Below the pieces are notes generated by a model that saw only the letters and a program-made list of their open reading frames with translations, did not search any database and was not told the DNA's origin. Below are positions 49,980-53,197 of a stretch of 53,197 bases of DNA, in pieces. The translations under genes and the position numbers were made by a program. Each line of letters begins with the position of its first letter. Position 1 is the stretch's first letter. This stretch comes from Candidatus Dojkabacteria bacterium (GTDB lineage Bacteria; Patescibacteriota; Dojkabacteria; GCA-002793355), in contig WFZK01000008.1 in assembly GCA_015489595.1 (NCBI GenBank), forward strand, positions 1 to 53,197, read 5' to 3'.

Positions 49980-51310
49980 GCTTTGTAGAGAGCCTGTATC
50001 AAGAGTACGAATTAATAGTAGGTCTTGAAGTGCATGTTGAGTTAAGGACCAAGTCAAAGATGTTTTGCGAGTGTCCTGCGTACCATTTTGGGGTTGCCCC
50101 GAATACGAATGTGTGCCCTGTGTGCTTGGGGCTTCCTGGGGCTTTGCCTGTGCCAAACAGGAAGGCTCTAGAATGGACAATGCTTATAGCAGATGCTTTA
50201 AACTGCAAGATCAATACTTATCAGCAGTTTGATAGAAAGCATTACTTTTATCCAGATCTGCCCAAAGGGTATCAGATTACCCAGTTTTATTTCCCAGTTG
50301 GGGAACATGGTTTTGTTAAGCTAGGAGACAAAAAATTTAGAATTCGCAGGGTGCACCTGGAGGAAGATACAGGAAAGCTCATACACGAGGGAGACAAGAG
50401 CTTGGTTGATTTCAATAGATCAGGAGTGCCCTTGGTTGAGATAGTTACAGAGCCAGATTTTAGAGATCCAGCTGATGTAAAGGAATTTCTTAAGCTTTTG
50501 CATCTTACAGTAAAGTATCTTGGGGTCTCAGATGCAGATTTAGAAAAGGGAAGTATGCGTCTTGAGCCTAATATCTCTGTGCGGAAAAAGGGTGAAACCA
50601 AGATGCCGTCGTATAAGGTTGAGGTTAAGAACATTAATTCGTTCAACTTTGTGGTAAAAGCAATAGAGTATGAATTTGCTCGTCAGGCTAAGCTTTTAAG
50701 GGAGGGCAAGCCAGTAGCCCAGGAAACTCGGGGATTTGATCCTGCAACAGGAAAAACTTTGCCGCAGAGGAGAAAAGAAGTAGCTACAGATTACAGGTAT
50801 CTGCCGGACCCTGATATTCCTCCAGTGAAGTTCAGCAGGCAAGAGATAGATCAGATAATCTCTAAGCGCCCTGAATTGCCACAAGAGAGATTTAACCGTT
50901 ATCGTAAGTTAGGTATTCGCGAAGATGCAGCGTGGTTTTTAGTTTATAACAAAGAGCTGGCAGACAATTTTGATAAGCTACTTACCAAAGAACCCGGGCT
51001 TGATTTTAAAGGCCTTGCTGTATTTTTGGCTAATACGCCTGAGAAAAAGCGCAGTTTGCCATTTGACAGGCTAGTAGAAGAGTTTAAAGCTAGCCGTCAG
51101 AAGGAAACTTTAGACGAGCAGACAATTGCCAAGATAGCAGATGAGGTGATAGAGCAGAACCCAAAGGCCGTGCAGGACTATCTAAATGGTAAGCAGAACG
51201 CAATTCAATTTTTGCTCGGGCAATTTATGCGCAGGGTTCGGAAGAGAATCGATGTAGGCCCGGTTATTACGTATCTGAGAAAAAGACTCGATGGTATGAG
51301 GGAAGGTTAA
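49976..51310 (+). CDS. gatB: Asp/Glu-tRNA amidotransferase subunit B
   Basis: YELIVGLEVHVELRTKSKMFC, RVHLEEDTGK and GSMRLEPNISV. Confidence 0.9.
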   Translation: MSFVESLYQEYELIVGLEVHVELRTKSKMFCECPAYHFGVAPNTNVCPVCLGLPGALPVPNRKALEWTMLIADALNCKINTYQQFDRKHYFYPDLPKGYQITQFYFPVGEHGFVKLGDKKFRIRRVHLEEDTGKLIHEGDKSLVDFNRSGVPLVEIVTEPDFRDPADVKEFLKLLHLTVKYLGVSDADLEKGSMRLEPNISVRKKGETKMPSYKVEVKNINSFNFVVKAIEYEFARQAKLLREGKPVAQETRGFDPATGKTLPQRRKEVATDYRYLPDPDIPPVKFSRQEIDQIISKRPELPQERFNRYRKLGIREDAAWFLVYNKELADNFDKLLTKEPGLDFKGLAVFLANTPEKKRSLPFDRLVEEFKASRQKETLDEQTIAKIADEVIEQNPKAVQDYLNGKQNAIQFLLGQFMRRVRKRIDVGPVITYLRKRLDGMREG

Positions 51311-51311
51311 G

Positions 51312-51470
51312 GGCGGGGGCAAAAATCGGCTTTCCCGATTTTTGCCCCCGCCTCTTCTCAAAAGTATCCTTCCTCCGGTCGTTTTAAATCATCCTTTTGT
51401 AGGCAATCTCCCTTTACTACAGGGAATAGGGCTCTTTTGGGGTTTAAGGCAAAATATGGAGATATAACAT
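51312..51470 (+). repeat. mosaic repeat copy (hairpin A 51312-51352 starting 2 nt after the gatB stop, core, degenerate hairpin B)
   Basis: 18-bp perfect stem ggcgggggcaaaaatcgg/ccgatttttgcccccgcc. The core holds atccttcctccggtcgttttaaatcatcc. Confidence 0.8.
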
Positions 51471-51513
51471 GTTGTCCTGCGCCTCTCTTTATCGAACGTT
51501 TTGGCACAATTTG

Positions 51514-51522
51514 TGATAAAAT
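51514..51522 (+). promoter_or_regulatory. extended -10 (TGATAAAAT), 5 nt before ATG 51528
   Basis: Sequence reads tgaTAAAATccctaATG. Confidence 0.4.
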
Positions 51523-51527
51523 CCCTA

Positions 51528-53197
51528 ATGTCCGTTAAATATCTAGCAGACAAAGAGATAGGTGACCTTTCATTAAAGGAAGCTCTTTGGGCATATTGGG
51601 AATATTTTAAGTTTTTGTATAGGGCCTTAGGATTTTGGCTTAGCTTGGTGTATTTGTTGATTCAAGTTTTTGGAGCTTTGATCCCTATAGCCGTGGGTTA
51701 CGCCATGGCGCAATTGATTAATATACTAACGCAACCTAATGACCCAGCTAAGGTCTGGTTTTGGTTCTGGGTTTTGGCGGGAATAGCTGTCTTATCTACT
51801 ATATTCGAAGGACGTTTTGCACTCGGTAAGCTTATTCAGGAGACTGTAGGGGAGAAAGTTGAAATTTTCGCTCACTATTTGTGGGAGAAGTTGCTGCTGT
51901 CTTCTCCTGCTGCTGTGTTAGAGAATTCTGAGTTCGTAAAGGTGGTAGAAAGAGCAAAACGAGCTGTGGCTGGTGGATGGTTGAATCACTATATGTCAGA
52001 AGTTATGTTTCAAGTTCGAACCTTAATAACAGTATTTACTTTGGTAGGGGTTTTAGTGTGGAAATTCCCAGGCATAGTACTTTTGGCAATTATAGTAGGC
52101 CTCTTGTATGGTTATGGGAGCTATAAGTCTATTACATTGAGAAATAAAATACACGAGAGAAATCGATACCTGGAGCTCGCCTCTACCTGGGCCCTGTCAG
52201 ACCTAAGAGGGCCTTCTCGTTTTAGTGTAATAAAGTACTTTGGTTTAGCAGACAGTCTACTAAAGAAGTTCAGTTTCGGTATAAGTCTAGATTGGGTCGT
52301 ATGGCGCGAAAGCTTTGTGTTTTTTGCCAAAAAATATCTAGCTCCCCTTAAGGTAGTTTATAATGCCGTTGACCTTGGAATACTGGTGTACTTGATCCGC
52401 CAGGTTTTAAGAGCTGGTTTGAAGGTGGGTGATTTTTCGTTTTATTACAATAGTTCTACTTCATTGATGAGCAACCTTGCTAGTGTGGTAACCTCAGCCG
52501 GTTACATGTTTTCTGAGAGTTATTACCTTTTTCTTTACTTCAAGCTTGTGAACGGGGAGGTAAGCAAAGAAGTCCTACAGAAGGCATTCAAAAAATCGAA
52601 ATTACCAGCCGAACAGATAAAGATCAGAAACAGCGATCTGGGAAAGGTAAAAGTTTCTTCGCTTAAAGGTGCAGATATAGTAGCGAAGAGGCTAAGCTTT
52701 AGGTATCCTTCTGGGAAAAAGCAAGTGCTTTCGAATATCAATATTAATATCCCTTACGGTGCCAATATAGCGATTGTAGGAGAAAACGGTGCTGGGAAAA
52801 CCACGTTGCTTAAACTGATTCTCGGCGCTTATCCTACCTATCAAGGCTCGCTTAAGATTAAAGATACAGAGGTCTATAAGTACGATCAACTGAGCCTAAG
52901 CAAGCGTTTTAGTGTGCTGCCCCAGCAGATTGTGAGGTTCCCCTATCTTACTGTAGGTCAAATGATTAGGCTTGACTACGAGGCTGCAAAAGACGCAGAT
53001 ACAGAGTTTACTTTAGAGCATATGTACATCGACGCTGCGTTCTCAAGCAATAAAGAGAAGCGCAAGGTATTAAGAGACTTGTTTTCTGGGAAGATCAAAG
53101 ACCTGTATCGAGATTTCTTTTTAAAGAAGAAATGGAATGTAGATCCAGACAAAGATCCTAAGCTTATAGAAGTGACAAAAAAGGTCGGAATGTATGA
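51528..53197 (+). CDS. ABC transporter, fused permease/ATP-binding protein (MsbA-like), 3'-truncated by the window edge
   Basis: It is not in the ORF track because no stop falls inside the window. I translated the frame from ATG 51528 by hand and found it open to the end. It has a TM-rich N-terminal half and Walker A IVGENGAGKTTLLKLILG at 52776. Confidence 0.75.
   Translation, partial: MSVKYLADKEIGDLSLKEALWAYWEYFKFLYRALGFWLSLVYLLIQVFGALIPIAVGYAMAQLINILTQPNDPAKVWFWFWVLAGIAVLSTIFEGRFALGKLIQETVGEKVEIFAHYLWEKLLLSSPAAVLENSEFVKVVERAKRAVAGGWLNHYMSEVMFQVRTLITVFTLVGVLVWKFPGIVLLAIIVGLLYGYGSYKSITLRNKIHERNRYLELASTWALSDLRGPSRFSVIKYFGLADSLLKKFSFGISLDWVVWRESFVFFAKKYLAPLKVVYNAVDLGILVYLIRQVLRAGLKVGDFSFYYNSSTSLMSNLASVVTSAGYMFSESYYLFLYFKLVNGEVSKEVLQKAFKKSKLPAEQIKIRNSDLGKVKVSSLKGADIVAKRLSFRYPSGKKQVLSNININIPYGANIAIVGENGAGKTTLLKLILGAYPTYQGSLKIKDTEVYKYDQLSLSKRFSVLPQQIVRFPYLTVGQMIRLDYEAAKDADTEFTLEHMYIDAAFSSNKEKRKVLRDLFSGKIKDLYRDFFLKKKWNVDPDKDPKLIEVTKKVGMY

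Noticed and set aside
6939-51352. Interpreting the stop-codon-proximal hairpins simply as canonical Rho-independent terminators
   Set aside because: None of the well-formed stems is followed by a U-tract. Many occur as pairs flanking a conserved core, and they occur in both orientations. Some terminator role is still possible, but a plain intrinsic terminator does not explain the architecture.

Overview
This is a gene-dense 53.2-kb chromosomal window with about 48 CDS, 4 tRNAs, no rRNA and no CRISPR array. The gene content is bacterial housekeeping: rplU, rpmA, rsmA, ftsH, argS, gatCAB, murJ, queG, a polyprenyl synthase, a Xer-type recombinase, an ADP-forming acetyl-CoA synthetase and a GT2/PAP2 envelope pair. 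A full-length reverse gyrase is also present. Together with nearly all-GC tRNA stems, it suggests a thermophilic, probably small-genome (Patescibacteria/CPR-like) bacterium; the lineage assignment is inference only. Five kinds of structure are not explained by the genes. (1) A hairpin-core-hairpin mosaic repeat sits at almost every operon boundary (at least 12 composite copies plus solo hairpins). Its stems show compensatory arm changes, and it often starts within 0-7 nt of a stop codon. (2) G/C-only perfect palindromes are inserted in-frame inside reverse gyrase and inside a class-V aminotransferase-like gene. (3) A uniform promoter grammar, (TGn)TATAAT followed 5-8 nt later by the start codon with no Shine-Dalgarno, implies widespread leaderless mRNAs. 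(4) A tRNA-Ile carries anticodon UAU. (5) An array of TGTAA units is phased at exactly 11 bp in a convergent intergenic region. Several ORFans with no recognisable domains are interspersed: 19253-20296, 23762-24061, 26193-26954, 37211-38563 and 46105-48012. Two of them lie next to AT-rich paralogous AAA+/PD-(D/E)xK (DUF4143-type) ATPases, and one lies directly upstream of a histidine kinase/response regulator pair. All product calls come from motif recognition by eye; no database search was run.
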